This document shows positions 25,795 through 36,596 of a stretch of DNA of 64,000 bases, piece after piece. Position numbers and translations under genes: made by a program. Every line of letters starts with the position of its first letter. The first letter of the stretch is position 1. The stretch lies in NCBI RefSeq assembly GCF_058153355.1, contig NZ_CM177019.1. One strand, written 5' to 3'. The notes below the pieces were generated by a model. It ran no database searches, was not told the origin of the DNA, and was given only the letters and a program-made list of their open reading frames with translations.

Positions 25795-27220
25795 TAATGC
25801 CGATCAGTTAAGGATCAGTTGACCGATCCAGTGGCTGTGTAAGAATCCGGAAACGCTCACTTGTTTCCGGATTTTTTTATGCACATTGGACAGGCTCTTG
25901 ATCTGGTATCCCGTTACGATTCTCTGCGTAACCCACTGACTTCTCTGGGGGATTACCTCGACCCCGAACTCATCTCTCGTTGCCTTGCCGAATCAGGTAC
26001 TGTAACGCTACGCAAGCGCCGTCTTCCCCTCGAAATGATGGTCTGGTGTATTGTTGGCATGGCGCTTGAGCGTAAAGAACCTCTTCACCAGATTGTGAAT
26101 CGCCTGGACATCATGCTGCCGGGCAATCGCCCCTTCGTTGCCCCCAGTGCCGTTATTCAGGCCCGCCAGCGCCTGGGAAGTGAGGCTGTCCGCCGCGTGT
26201 TCACGAAAACAGCGCAGCTCTGGCATAACGCCACGCCGCATCCGCACTGGTGCGGCCTGACCCTGCTGGCCATCGATGGTGTGTTCTGGCGCACACCGGA
26301 TACACCAGAGAACGATGCAGCCTTCCCCCGCCAGACACATGCCGGGAACCCGGCGCTCTACCCGCAGGTCAAAATGGTCTGCCAGATGGAACTGACCAGC
26401 CATCTGCTGACGGCTGCAGCCTTCGGCACGATGAAGAACAGCGAAAATGAGCTTGCTGAGCAACTTATAGAACAAACCGGCGATAACACTCTGACGTTAA
26501 TGGATAAAGGTTATTACTCACTGGGACTGTTAAATGCCTGGAGCCTGGCGGGAGAACACCGCCACTGGATGATACCTCTCAGAAAGGGAGCGCAATATGA
26601 AGAGATCAGAAAACTGGGTAAAGGCGATCATCTGGTGAAGCTGAAAACCAGCCCGCAGGCACGAAAAAAGTGGCCGGGACTGGGAAATGAAGTGACAGCC
26701 CGCCTGCTGACCGTGACGCGCAAAGGAAAAGTCTGCCATCTGCTGACGTCGATGACGGACGCCATGCGCTTCCCCGGAGGAGAAATGGCGGATCTGTACA
26801 GTCATCGCTGGGAAATCGAACTGGGATACAGGGAGATAAAACAGACGATGCAACTGAGCAGGCTGACGCTGAGAAGTAAAAAGCCGGAGCTTGTGGAGCA
26901 AGAGCTGTGGGGTGTCTTACTGGCTTATAATCTGGTGAGATATCAGATGATTAAAATGGCGGAACATCTGAAAGGTTACTGGCCGAATCAACTGAGTTTC
27001 TCAGAATCATGCGGAATGGTGATGAGAATGCTGATGACATTGCAGGGCGCTTCACCGGGACGTATACCGGAGCTGATGCGCGATCTTGCAAGTATGGGAC
27101 AACTTGTGAAATTACCGACAAGAAGGGAAAGGGCCTTCCCGAGAGTGGTAAAGGAGAGGCCCTGGAAATACCCCACAGCCCCGAAAAAGAGCCAGTCAGT
27201 TGCTTAACTGACTGGCATTA
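25795..27220 (+). mobile_element. IS4 insertion sequence, complete (1426 bp)
   Basis: Imperfect 18-bp terminal inverted repeats (taatgccgatcagttaag / cttaactgactggcatta), one transposase ORF, length exactly 1426 bp, flanked by a 12-bp duplication. Confidence 0.93.
25879..27207 (+). CDS. insG: IS4 transposase (DDE)
   Basis: 442 aa from [27 protein letters not shown]...; recognised as the IS4 transposase. Confidence 0.92.
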   Translation: MHIGQALDLVSRYDSLRNPLTSLGDYLDPELISRCLAESGTVTLRKRRLPLEMMVWCIVGMALERKEPLHQIVNRLDIMLPGNRPFVAPSAVIQARQRLGSEAVRRVFTKTAQLWHNATPHPHWCGLTLLAIDGVFWRTPDTPENDAAFPRQTHAGNPALYPQVKMVCQMELTSHLLTAAAFGTMKNSENELAEQLIEQTGDNTLTLMDKGYYSLGLLNAWSLAGEHRHWMIPLRKGAQYEEIRKLGKGDHLVKLKTSPQARKKWPGLGNEVTARLLTVTRKGKVCHLLTSMTDAMRFPGGEMADLYSHRWEIELGYREIKQTMQLSRLTLRSKKPELVEQELWGVLLAYNLVRYQMIKMAEHLKGYWPNQLSFSESCGMVMRMLMTLQGASPGRIPELMRDLASMGQLVKLPTRRERAFPRVVKERPWKYPTAPKKSQSVA

Positions 27221-27232
27221 CAGCAACCGGAG
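27221..27232. repeat. IS4 target-site duplication, right copy (CAGCAACCGGAG)
   Basis: Identical to 25783..25794. Confidence 0.85.
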
Positions 27233-27710
27233 CGTTTTTTTTCTGCCCCCGGAAGTTTTCATTATTCGAATGTACGTGGTGAAAGCTGGCAACATATTAC
27301 CCGGCAAATATGTGCTCAATTAGTGACGCAACACCACATTACCGCCGATGAAGCACAACGGATCATCGCCCGCGAAAGCGAAGGCGAAAACCTGATTGTT
27401 AATCGTCTCGCCATCCCACATTGCTGGAGCGAACAGGAACGACGTTTTCGTGGATTTTTTATTACCCTCGCCCAACCGGTTGAGGTGAATAACGAAGTAG
27501 TTAACCATGTGCTGATCGCCTGTGCCGCCGCCGATGCGCGTCATGAGCTAAAAATATTTAGCTATCTTGCCAGCGTATTGTGTCAGCATCCGGCAGAGGT
27601 TATTGCCGGGTTAACAGGATATGAGGCATTTATGGAGTTACTTCACAAGGGGTGAACTGTGTCGGATGCGCCGCATCCGACACTGCATTTATCACCAAAA
27701 TCAAAAACAT

Positions 27711-28766
27711 TTAACGCAGGCGATTATAGTCATCGACCATTTCGTTGTACTCGCGTAACGCTCGCGGAAATGAGTCGTCGACCATCCAGCTGGTGTTTGC
27801 ATCCTGAAGTTGCTCTTTATCCCAGTCAGAGTACGGAACTTTATCTCTGACGCGGCGAACATATTTTTTAGCCTCGAGTTGATACTGGTCTGCCGAATTA
27901 ATGAACGAGAAATTCATACCGCCTTTATCCGCTTCTTTGGCCTGCGCCACCAGCGTTTCCAGTTCAGAGACTTTCTTCATTGCCGCATCAACATCAAACT
28001 TCTCTTGCGAAATCAGGTTATTAATTTGTTTCGCTGAAATCATGACTGCCAGGGAGTAGTAGTGGAATGTTTTTCCTTCTGTTTCTTCAATATTTTTCAG
28101 TTCCGCAAGCTGACGCTTATCGTTAATTTCCTGAATCGCCGCATGATAAGATTCTGCTACAGGTTCAAAGGCTTCAAGATTTTTTAAGAATGTCTGGTGC
28201 AGCGTTTTCCCTTTCGCAAACGCATCGTCTTTATAATTTTCCTGGGTGTAATATTTATCCATTTCGTTAATGGTATTACCCAACGCCACGGCAGCATCAA
28301 TATAACTCACCGCCACGCCATCAATAGGTTGCAGCGCAGGCGTTAACGCCACAGCACTTTTTACGCCTTTTTCACACTCAGCGAGGTTGGATTCACTAAT
28401 ACCGTAGATACCATAAACAGTACGCTCTTCACCGGTAGGGCCCTGTTTAAAATCTTTCAGCCAGTCAGCATAACGCGCCAGACTGCTCTGTACAGGGATC
28501 TGTAACTTGTTGTAGCACTTGATATAGACATCCATTTTTTCGTCGAAAACCGCTTGTTCATCGACCACCGGTTGAGCAGGCGTTTCAGGTTTAACTTCTG
28601 CTTTTGTAACGGGAGCTTCAGCAGGTTTCGCTTCAGGAGCTGGTGCGGCAGGTTGACTATTGGCAGGCGGGGGCGTTTCTGTTTCGGTTTTTTTATCATC
28701 ACAACCCGTGATACCGAGAGCCATGATGGCGGCTATAATAGCGGAAGATAATAAATTCCTTTTCAT
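27711..28766 (-). CDS. yiiG: DUF3829-family lipoprotein
   Basis: 351 aa; lipobox (LGITGC) then Pro/Ala-rich linker. Confidence 0.85.
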   Translation of the reverse strand: MKRNLLSSAIIAAIMALGITGCDDKKTETETPPPANSQPAAPAPEAKPAEAPVTKAEVKPETPAQPVVDEQAVFDEKMDVYIKCYNKLQIPVQSSLARYADWLKDFKQGPTGEERTVYGIYGISESNLAECEKGVKSAVALTPALQPIDGVAVSYIDAAVALGNTINEMDKYYTQENYKDDAFAKGKTLHQTFLKNLEAFEPVAESYHAAIQEINDKRQLAELKNIEETEGKTFHYYSLAVMISAKQINNLISQEKFDVDAAMKKVSELETLVAQAKEADKGGMNFSFINSADQYQLEAKKYVRRVRDKVPYSDWDKEQLQDANTSWMVDDSFPRALREYNEMVDDYNRLR

Positions 28767-28883
28767 TTAATTGCCTTATAAATATATAGATAAGAGAGTA
28801 AACATAATAAAGGAAAAAAGAAAATGCCACTACACGCGTTTTGTTTATAAATAAAACGATAAAATTCACGAAATGAATAAGTC

Positions 28884-28916
28884 CTGCAATTTAATATATA
28901 TCGCAGGACTTATTTT
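28884..28916 (-). terminator. hairpin downstream of fdhD (probable terminator)
   Basis: Inverted repeat aagtcctgc...gcaggactt within AT-rich sequence. Confidence 0.45.
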
Positions 28917-28918
28917 AA

Positions 28919-29752
28919 TTAATTACTCAAACGCTGCGGATGGGTATAAACCGTTGCCCGACCCGGCTTACAAAAGCCCACCAGCGTCAAATTACAGCGC
29001 TCAGCCACTTCTACGGCAAGCGTGGTCGCGGCAGACACCGCAAACAAAATTTCTACGCCGCACATCGCTGACTTTTGCACCATTTCATAACTGGCACGAC
29101 TGGAAACCAGCACCGCACCTTGCTGCCAGCTTTCCCCTTCTTGTGACCGGCGGCCTAACAGTTTATCCAGCGCCACATGGCGACCCACGTCTTCATGCCC
29201 GCCTACCAGTTCGCCAGATGGCAACATCCAGGCAGCGGCGTGAGTACAACCAGTCAGTTGCCCCACTGGCTGGAAATCATTGAGATGGCGTAATGCATCA
29301 TCCAGTTTGTTGAGATCAAATGTCTGAGTGAACGGCAGCGGCTGCACCGGTTTACCGATGTCATTAAGTTGCTCCACGCCGCACACGCCACATCCCGTAC
29401 GTCCCGCCAGTGCCCGACGACGCTCCTTCAACCCCATAAAGCGGCGGCTGGAAAGCTCAATTTGCACTTCCAGACCATTACAGGAAGGAACGACATCCAT
29501 ACCGAAGATATCGCGCGGACTTTCGATAATCCCCTCGGAAAGCGAAAAACCGAGCGCAAAGTATTCAAGGTCTTTGGGCGACGCCATCATCACCACATGC
29601 GAAATGCCGTTGTAGACCAGCGCAACGGGAACCTCTTCCGCCACCTCATCTAACCGTGGGTGTTGTAAATCGTCACGCCGCCATAACTCAATTTGACGAA
29701 CACCTGTGACATTTATCACATTTTTGATTTCTTTTTGCTGTGTTTTTTTCAC
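28919..29752 (-). CDS. fdhD: formate dehydrogenase sulfurtransferase/maturation protein
   Basis: 277 aa; divergent from fdoG. Confidence 0.92.
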   Translation of the reverse strand: MKKTQQKEIKNVINVTGVRQIELWRRDDLQHPRLDEVAEEVPVALVYNGISHVVMMASPKDLEYFALGFSLSEGIIESPRDIFGMDVVPSCNGLEVQIELSSRRFMGLKERRRALAGRTGCGVCGVEQLNDIGKPVQPLPFTQTFDLNKLDDALRHLNDFQPVGQLTGCTHAAAWMLPSGELVGGHEDVGRHVALDKLLGRRSQEGESWQQGAVLVSSRASYEMVQKSAMCGVEILFAVSAATTLAVEVAERCNLTLVGFCKPGRATVYTHPQRLSN

Positions 29753-29945
29753 TTTCTATTAACCGGATAAGAACACACACACCAACATTATGGTATTCTG
29801 TTACAAACCCTTCCTGGATGGAGGGAAATTGAGCCAATTCTGGACCTTTGCGGCCCCTTCCGCAAAGAAAAATAACTCCCACTCCCTGCACACGCAGCAA
29901 GCGAATGTAAATGGGACGTGACAATGTCGAAACAAGGAGCAATCC

Positions 29946-32900
29946 ATGCAGGTCAGCAGAAGGCAGTTCTTTAAGATCTGCGCTGGCGGTATGGCAGGCA
30001 CCACGGCAGCGGCACTGGGTTTTGCACCCAGCGTAGCACTCGCGGAAACCCGGCAGTATAAACTGCTGCGCACCCGCGAAACCCGTAATACCTGCACCTA
30101 TTGTTCCGTAGGCTGTGGGCTGTTGATGTACAGCCTCGGTGACGGAGCAAAAAACGCCAAAGCATCTATCTTCCATATCGAAGGTGACCCGGATCACCCG
30201 GTCAACCGCGGTGCACTTTGTCCCAAAGGCGCTGGCCTGGTGGATTTCATCCACTCCGAAAGCCGTCTGAAGTTTCCGGAATACCGTGCCCCTGGTTCTG
30301 ATAAATGGCAGCAAATCAGTTGGGAAGAGGCGTTTGATCGCATTGCCAAACTGATGAAAGAAGACCGCGATGCTAACTACATTGCGCAAAACGCCGAAGG
30401 CGTGACTGTTAACCGCTGGCTCTCCACCGGGATGCTGTGTGCTTCCGCGTCGAGTAACGAAACCGGCTATTTAACGCAAAAATTCTCCCGCGCGCTGGGT
30501 ATGCTCGCGGTCGACAACCAGGCGCGTGTCTGACACGGACCAACGGTAGCAAGTCTTGCTCCAACATTTGGTCGCGGTGCGATGACCAACCACTGGGTCG
30601 ACATCAAGAACGCCAACCTCGTCGTGGTGATGGGCGGTAACGCCGCTGAAGCTCACCCGGTCGGGTTCCGCTGGGCGATGGAAGCCAAAATTCACAACGG
30701 CGCGAAGCTGATTGTGATCGATCCTCGCTTTACGCGTACGGCGGCGGTGGCTGACTACTATGCCCCTATTCGTTCCGGTACTGACATTGCTTTCCTGTCA
30801 GGCGTATTGCTGTACCTGCTGAACAATGAAAAATTCAACCGCGAATACACCGAAGCCTATACCAACGCCAGCCTGATCGTGCGTGAGGATTACGGCTTTG
30901 AAGATGGCCTGTTCACCGGCTACGACGCGGAAAAACGCAAGTACGATAAATCCTCCTGGACCTACGAGCTGGACGAAAACGGCTTCGCCAAACGCGATAC
31001 CACGCTGCAACATCCGCGCTGCGTGTGGAACTTGCTGAAACAGCACGTTTCCCGTTATACGCCAGATGTGGTTGAAAACATCTGTGGCACGCCGAAAGAC
31101 GCGTTCCTGAAAGTCTGCGAATACATCGCAGAGACCAGTGCTCACGATAAAACTGCCTCGTTCCTTTACGCGCTCGGCTGGACGCAACACTCCGTTGGTG
31201 CGCAGAACATTCGTACGATGGCGATGATCCAGCTACTGCTCGGCAATATGGGGATGGCAGGCGGCGGCGTTAACGCCCTGCGCGGTCACTCCAACATTCA
31301 GGGGCTGACGGACCTGGGGCTGCTGTCGCAGAGCCTGCCAGGTTACATGACGCTGCCAAGCGAGAAGCAGACCGATCTGCAAACCTACCTTGCCGCCAAC
31401 ACGCCAAAACCACTGCTGGAAGGCCAGGTTAACTACTGGGGCAATTACCCGAAATTCTTCGTCTCCATGATGAAGGCCTTCTTTGGTGATAAAGCGACGG
31501 CAGAAAACAGCTGGGGCTTTGACTGGTTGCCGAAGTGGGATAAAGGCTACGACGTCCTGCAATACTTCGAGATGATGAAAGAGGGCAAGGTCAATGGCTA
31601 TATCTGCCAGGGCTTTAACCCTGTTGCCTCATTCCCGAACAAAAACAAAGTGATCGGTTGTCTGTCGAAACTGAAGTTCCTCGTCACTATCGACCCGCTG
31701 AACACTGAAACCTCTAACTTCTGGCAGAACCACGGTGAGCTGAACGAAGTGGACTCGTCGAAGATCCAGACCGAAGTGTTCCGTCTGCCATCGACCTGCT
31801 TCGCGGAAGAGAACGGTTCAATCGTTAACTCCGGTCGCTGGTTGCAGTGGCACTGGAAAGGTGCGGACGCCCCAGGGATTGCGCTGACTGATGGCGAGAT
31901 CCTCTCCGGTATCTTCCTGCGCTTGCGCAAGATGTACGCCGAACAGGGTGGCGCGAACCCGGACCAGGTGCTGAACATGACCTGGAACTACGCCATCCCG
32001 CATGAGCCGAAGTCGGAAGAAGTGGCGATGGAGAGCAACGGTAAGGCGCTGGCCGATATTACCGATCCGGCAACCGGGGCGGTTATCGTCAAGAAAGGCC
32101 AACAACTTAGCTCGTTCGCCCAACTGCGCGATGACGGTACCACCTCCTGTGGCTGCTGGATTTTCGCCGGTAGCTGGACGCCAGAGGGCAACCAGATGGC
32201 ACGCCGTGATAACGCCGATCCGTCTGGCCTCGGTAACACGCTGGGCTGGGCATGGGCATGGCCGCTTAACCGCCGCATTCTGTATAACCGCGCCTCCGCA
32301 GATCCGCAGGGTAACCCGTGGGATCCGAAGCGTCAGTTGCTGAAATGGGACGGCACTAAGTGGACCGGCTGGGATATTCCGGACTACAGCGCAGCGCCTC
32401 CGGGCAGTGGCGTCGGGCCGTTTATCATGCAGCAGGAAGGCATGGGGCGTCTGTTTGCTCTCGATAAGATGGCGGAAGGTCCGTTCCCGGAACACTACGA
32501 GCCGTTTGAAACGCCGCTGGGAACTAACCCACTGCATCCAAACGTTATCTCGAACCCGGCTGCGCGAATCTTTAAAGACGATGCCGAAGCATTGGGTAAA
32601 GCCGATAAGTTCCCGTATGTCGGAACCACCTATCGTCTGACCGAGCACTTCCACTACTGGACCAAACACGCGCTGTTGAATGCGATTTTGCAGCCAGAGC
32701 AGTTTGTGGAAATCGGGGAGTCGCTGGCGAATAAACTTGGCATTGCTCAGGGCGATACCGTGAAAGTCTCCTCCAACCGTGGCTATATCAAAGCCAAAGC
32801 GGTGGTGACCAAACGTATTCGTACGCTAAAAGCGAACGGCAAAGATATCGATACCATCGGTATTCCGATTCACTGGGGCTATGAAGGTGTTGCGAAAAAA

Positions 32901-32996
32901 GGCTTTATTGCCAATACGTTAACGCCATTCGTTGGTGATGCGAACACGCAGACGCCGGAGTTTAAGTCCTTCCTTGTGAATGTGGAAAAGGTGTAA
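29946..32996 (+). CDS. fdoG: formate dehydrogenase-O catalytic subunit (selenoprotein; in-frame UGA at 30531..30533 read as selenocysteine)
   Basis: Tat signal (RRQFFKICAGGMAGTTAAALGFA); the 195-codon ORF ends at TGA and the same frame continues as the 804-aa ORF at 30582, because (30582-29946) is divisible by 3. Molybdopterin oxidoreductase motifs throughout. Confidence 0.93.
30534..30580 (+). promoter_or_regulatory. probable SECIS stem-loop directing Sec insertion at the fdoG UGA
   Basis: Hairpin-capable sequence (..ggtagcaagtcttgctcc..) directly 3' of the UGA. Fold not computed. Confidence 0.5.
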
Positions 32997-33008
32997 CGGA
33001 GACGACAT

Positions 33009-33911
33009 ATGGCTTATCAATCTCAAGATATCATTCGTCGTTCCGCGACTAACGGTCTGACCCCCGCGCCTCAGGCGCGGGACTTCCAGGAAGAAGTGGC
33101 GAAACTCATCGACGTCACCACCTGTATCGGCTGTAAAGCCTGTCAGGTGGCGTGTTCAGAGTGGAACGACATTCGCGATACCGTCGGCAATAACATTGGG
33201 GTGTACGACAACCCCAATGATTTAAGCGCCAAATCGTGGACAGTGATGCGCTTCTCGGAAGTGGAGCAGAACGACAAACTGGAATGGCTAATCCGTAAAG
33301 ACGGCTGTATGCACTGTTCCGATCCAGGCTGCCTGAAAGCGTGTCCGGCGGAAGGGGCAATTATTCAGTATGCCAACGGTATCGTCGACTTCCAGTCCGA
33401 GCAGTGCATTGGTTGCGGTTATTGCATTGCGGGCTGTCCGTTCGACATTCCGCGCCTCAACCCGGAAGACAACCGCGTTTATAAATGTACGCTGTGCGTT
33501 GACCGCGTGGTGGTTGGGCAAGAACCGGCCTGCGTGAAGACCTGCCCAACGGGCGCGATTCACTTCGGTACGAAAGAGTCGATGAAAACGCTGGCGAGCG
33601 AGCGCGTGGCGGAGCTGAAAACTCGCGGTTACGACAATGCGGGTCTGTACGATCCGGCAGGCGTGGGTGGTACACACGTTATGTACGTGCTGCACCATGC
33701 TGACAAGCCAAATCTGTATCATGGCTTGCCGGAGAACCCGGAAATCAGCGAAACCGTGAAATTCTGGAAAGGCATCTGGAAACCGCTCGCAGCTGTTGGC
33801 TTTGCGGCTACCTTCGCAGCCAGTATCTTCCACTACGTGGGTGTCGGTCCGAACCGTGCGGATGAGGAAGAGAATAATCTGCACGAAGAGAAAGACGAGG
33901 AGCGCAAATGA
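33009..33911 (+). CDS. fdoH: formate dehydrogenase-O iron-sulfur subunit
   Basis: 300 aa; four Cys-cluster ferredoxin motifs and a C-terminal TM anchor. Confidence 0.95.
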
Positions 33912-34543
33912 AACGACGTGACACCATCGTGCGCTACACCGCGCCGGAACGTATCAACCACTGGATCACCGCCTTCTGCTTCATCCTGGCGGCGGTGAGC
34001 GGGCTGGGCTTTTTGTTCCCTTCCTTTAACTGGTTGATGCAAATCATGGGCACACCGCAGCTGGCGCGCATTCTGCACCCGTTTGTCGGCGTGGTTATGT
34101 TTGCCTCGTTCATCATCATGTTTTTCCGTTACTGGCATCACAACCTAATCAATCGGGATGATATCTTTTGGGCGAAGAATATTCGTAAGATCGTCGTCAA
34201 CGAGGAAGTAGGTGACACCGGGCGTTATAACTTCGGTCAGAAATGCGTTTTCTGGGCGGCGATTATTTTCCTGGTCCTGCTGTTGGTGAGCGGCGTGATT
34301 ATCTGGCGTCCTTATTTTGCGCCTGCTTTCTCAATCCCGGTGATCCGATTCGCGTTAATGCTGCATTCATTTGCCGCAGTGGCGTTAATTGTGGTTATCA
34401 TGGTGCATATCTACGCCGCCCTTTGGGTGAAAGGCACAATTACCGCCATGGTGGAAGGATGGGTTACCAGCGCCTGGGCGAAGAAACATCACCCGCGCTG
34501 GTACCGTGAGGTCCGCAAGACAACGGAAAAGAAAGCTGAATGA
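33908..34543 (+). CDS. fdoI: formate dehydrogenase-O cytochrome b556 subunit
   Basis: 211 aa, four TM helices; overlaps fdoH stop. Confidence 0.93.
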
Positions 34544-35469
34544 GTATTCGCATAATCCCGCAAGATGAGCTGGGTTCGAGCGAGAAACGTACGGCGGATA
34601 TGATTCCGCCGTTATTGTTCCCTCGGCTCAAGAATTTATACAACCGCCGCGCCGAACGTCTGCGCGAGCTGGCAGAAAATAATCCGCTGGGTGATTATCT
34701 GCGCTTTGCTGCGCTTATCGCCCACGCCCAGGAAGTGGTGCTGTACGACCATCCGCTGGAAATGGATCTGACTGCACGCATTAAAGAAGCCAGCGCACAG
34801 GGCAAGCCACCGCTGGATATTCACGTTTTGCCGCGTGATAAGCACTGGCAAAAGCTGCTGATGGCAATGATTGCTGAGCTGAAACCTGAAATGAGCGGCC
34901 CGGCGCTGGCAGTGATTGAGAATCTGGAGAAGGCATCAAGCCAGGAGCTGGAAGATATGGCCAGCGCGCTGTTCGCCTCTGATTTCTCGTCCGTCAGCAG
35001 CGATAAAGCGCCGTTTATCTGGGCTGCACTGTCACTCTACTGGGCGCAGATGGCCAATCTGATCCCGGGCAAAGCCCGCGCTGAATACGGCGAGCAACGT
35101 CAATATTGCCCGGTTTGTGGTTCTATGCCGGTGTCCAGTATGGTGCAAATTGGCACCACTCAGGGTCTGCGTTACCTGCACTGCAACCTGTGTGAAACTG
35201 AATGGCACGTAGTGCGCGTAAAATGCAGCAACTGTGAACAGAGCGGCAAACTGCATTACTGGTCGCTGGATGACGAACAGGCCGCGATTAAAGCCGAAAG
35301 CTGCGATGACTGTGGCACTTACCTGAAGATTCTTTATCAGGAAAAAGAACCGAAAGTTGAAGCCGTGGCAGATGACCTCGCCTCTCTGGTACTGGATGCG
35401 CGAATGGAGCAAGAAGGCTACGCCCGCAGTTCCATTAACCCGTTCCTGTTTCCGGGTGAAGGGGAGTAA
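34540..35469 (+). CDS. fdhE: formate dehydrogenase formation protein
   Basis: 309 aa; CxxC pairs ([30 protein letters not shown]). Confidence 0.93.
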   Translation: MSIRIIPQDELGSSEKRTADMIPPLLFPRLKNLYNRRAERLRELAENNPLGDYLRFAALIAHAQEVVLYDHPLEMDLTARIKEASAQGKPPLDIHVLPRDKHWQKLLMAMIAELKPEMSGPALAVIENLEKASSQELEDMASALFASDFSSVSSDKAPFIWAALSLYWAQMANLIPGKARAEYGEQRQYCPVCGSMPVSSMVQIGTTQGLRYLHCNLCETEWHVVRVKCSNCEQSGKLHYWSLDDEQAAIKAESCDDCGTYLKILYQEKEPKVEAVADDLASLVLDARMEQEGYARSSINPFLFPGEGE

Positions 35470-35547
35470 TCTCTGACGTTTTCCGGGTGACGCTGGTCGC
35501 CCGGATTACAGTTGATAGGGTGTGACGACACCTGCTATTCCCGCAAA

Positions 35548-35593
35548 ATCTCTCGTATTTTGCGAGGCGTTTTCCAGATATGATGTAACAGTT
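35548..35593. repeat. copy A of a ~45-bp imperfect direct repeat (ttttgcgagGcgttttccaga...gttgcaAtt)
   Basis: About 80% identical to 35998..36043; the two copies flank the small RHH gene. Confidence 0.6.
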
Positions 35594-35683
35594 GCAATTA
35601 TTATAAGTTCAAGTAAAACAACCTTGTATTAATACCAGAATAAGGGGATCTGGTTTTTATATTCAAGAATAAAAAATTTTTTG

Positions 35684-35902
35684 TCATTCCTTATGCTCCT
35701 TACACTGATCATCGACACCCACTGTCTCCCCCTTTTGCCTGCCTCCCTTTGCTTTACGCACAGGGAATTGCTGACGTTCCAGATATTGCTCTACCGCTTC
35801 GCGTAAAATTGCAGATCGTGAAACCTTACGCCAGCCCCTAAGCTTGTTCAGCCGTTTAATTGTCTCTTCTGATAAATGAAGAAAAACCGTATTCATCGTC
35901 AT
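35684..35902 (-). CDS. small ribbon-helix-helix (CopG-like) putative regulator of the YiiE/YiiF family
   Basis: 72 aa from ATG at 35902 (MTMNTVFLHLSEETIKRLNKLRGWRKVSRSAILREAVEQYLE...). Which K-12 paralog this is was not resolved. Confidence 0.7.
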   Translation of the reverse strand: MTMNTVFLHLSEETIKRLNKLRGWRKVSRSAILREAVEQYLERQQFPVRKAKGGRQKGETVGVDDQCKEHKE

Positions 35903-35997
35903 TGCCACCACCTAACATATATTACTCATTAATGTATGTGCGAAAATTACGCCGAAAAATCATTTAAAAAAAGCGGATTTTTGCATGCTGTTTTGTT

Positions 35998-36043
35998 TTT
36001 GCGAGACGTTTTCCAGAAATAATAAGAACGTTGCAGTTGTTTC
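35998..36043. repeat. copy B of the ~45-bp imperfect direct repeat
   Basis: ttttgcgagAcgttttccagaaataataagaacgttgcagtt, about 100 bp upstream of the RHH gene start. Confidence 0.6.
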
Positions 36044-36596
36044 ATTTGTTAATCAAAAATGGTTTGGTTATCGCCCAGGATGAGATATGGGTGCTATAAA
36101 TATATTATATTCAGGGATATTTATTTTTTGATTGGGTCTTCATTTGCATAATCTGAATGGTGTACCCGAAAAACGTCAGCATCCTAACAGCACCAGGATT
36201 TAAGGTGAAATTTAACATCCATCACAGACCGGTCAATGCTGCCGCCAACCGGTCTTTACTTGCTCGTCGTTATAATTTTGTGGGTAACAGTTCGGGAAAC
36301 AAGGAATTCCTTCCGGAACACCCCGGTATCATCCGATAGCATTGACGTCAATCATCAGCGCGACGGTGAGTTTTTTTAATCGAATCATAGGATGGTAACG
36401 TTAAGCACGATTACGGGTCATAGTAAAACTCCTGAGCAGGCGGCACTATGCCGCTTTCACAGGAGTTCTGAATGCTGGTGCTTTCTGTATGGCATAACCA
36501 TGCCCCTCGCGGCTAAGTGCCTGCACACTTCTCTCTTTGTATGTCATTTTTGCAATGCATTGGCCGAATTCTGGTAATTCTAATGAGTTTTACTCT

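Larger units (their letters stand above)
24469..27655 (+). pseudogene. frvR: frv operon regulator frvR interrupted by IS4: N-terminal 442 codons (24469..25797), C-terminal 140 codons (27233..27655)
   Basis: Reading frame runs into IS4, whose first bases TAA supply the stop. After the IS and the duplicated 12 bp, the same frame continues for 140 codons (EIIA-like domain, ..HITADEAQRIIARESEGENLIVNRLAIPH..). 442+140 = 582 aa. Confidence 0.85.

Noticed and set aside
27323-27655. 110-aa ORF called as an independent small gene
   Set aside because: It is in frame with the 3' part of frvR displaced by IS4 (EIIA-like domain) and has no ribosome-binding context of its own.
27659-27690. Palindrome gtgtcggatgcgccgcatccgacac as a possible REP or mobile-element end
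   Set aside because: Single short hairpin without REP consensus or a partner repeat; most simply a terminator-like structure between the convergent frvR and yiiG.
29946-30533. 195-aa ORF called as a separate gene
   Set aside because: It is the N-terminal part of fdoG up to the selenocysteine UGA; the frame continues in register at 30582.
31818-32669. 283-aa minus-strand ORF inside fdoG
   Set aside because: Antisense to a strongly supported gene; Arg/Ala-rich composition typical of GC-rich shadow frames.
35912-36420. A second RHH paralog gene between the repeat copies
   Set aside because: Translating the minus strand from each candidate ATG in this interval gave only short frames ending in stops within about 20 codons; no intact second gene is present.
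36157-36577. Two 60-aa plus-strand ORFs downstream of the phosphatase-like gene
   Set aside because: No RBS, low-complexity translations, located in intergenic AT-rich DNA.
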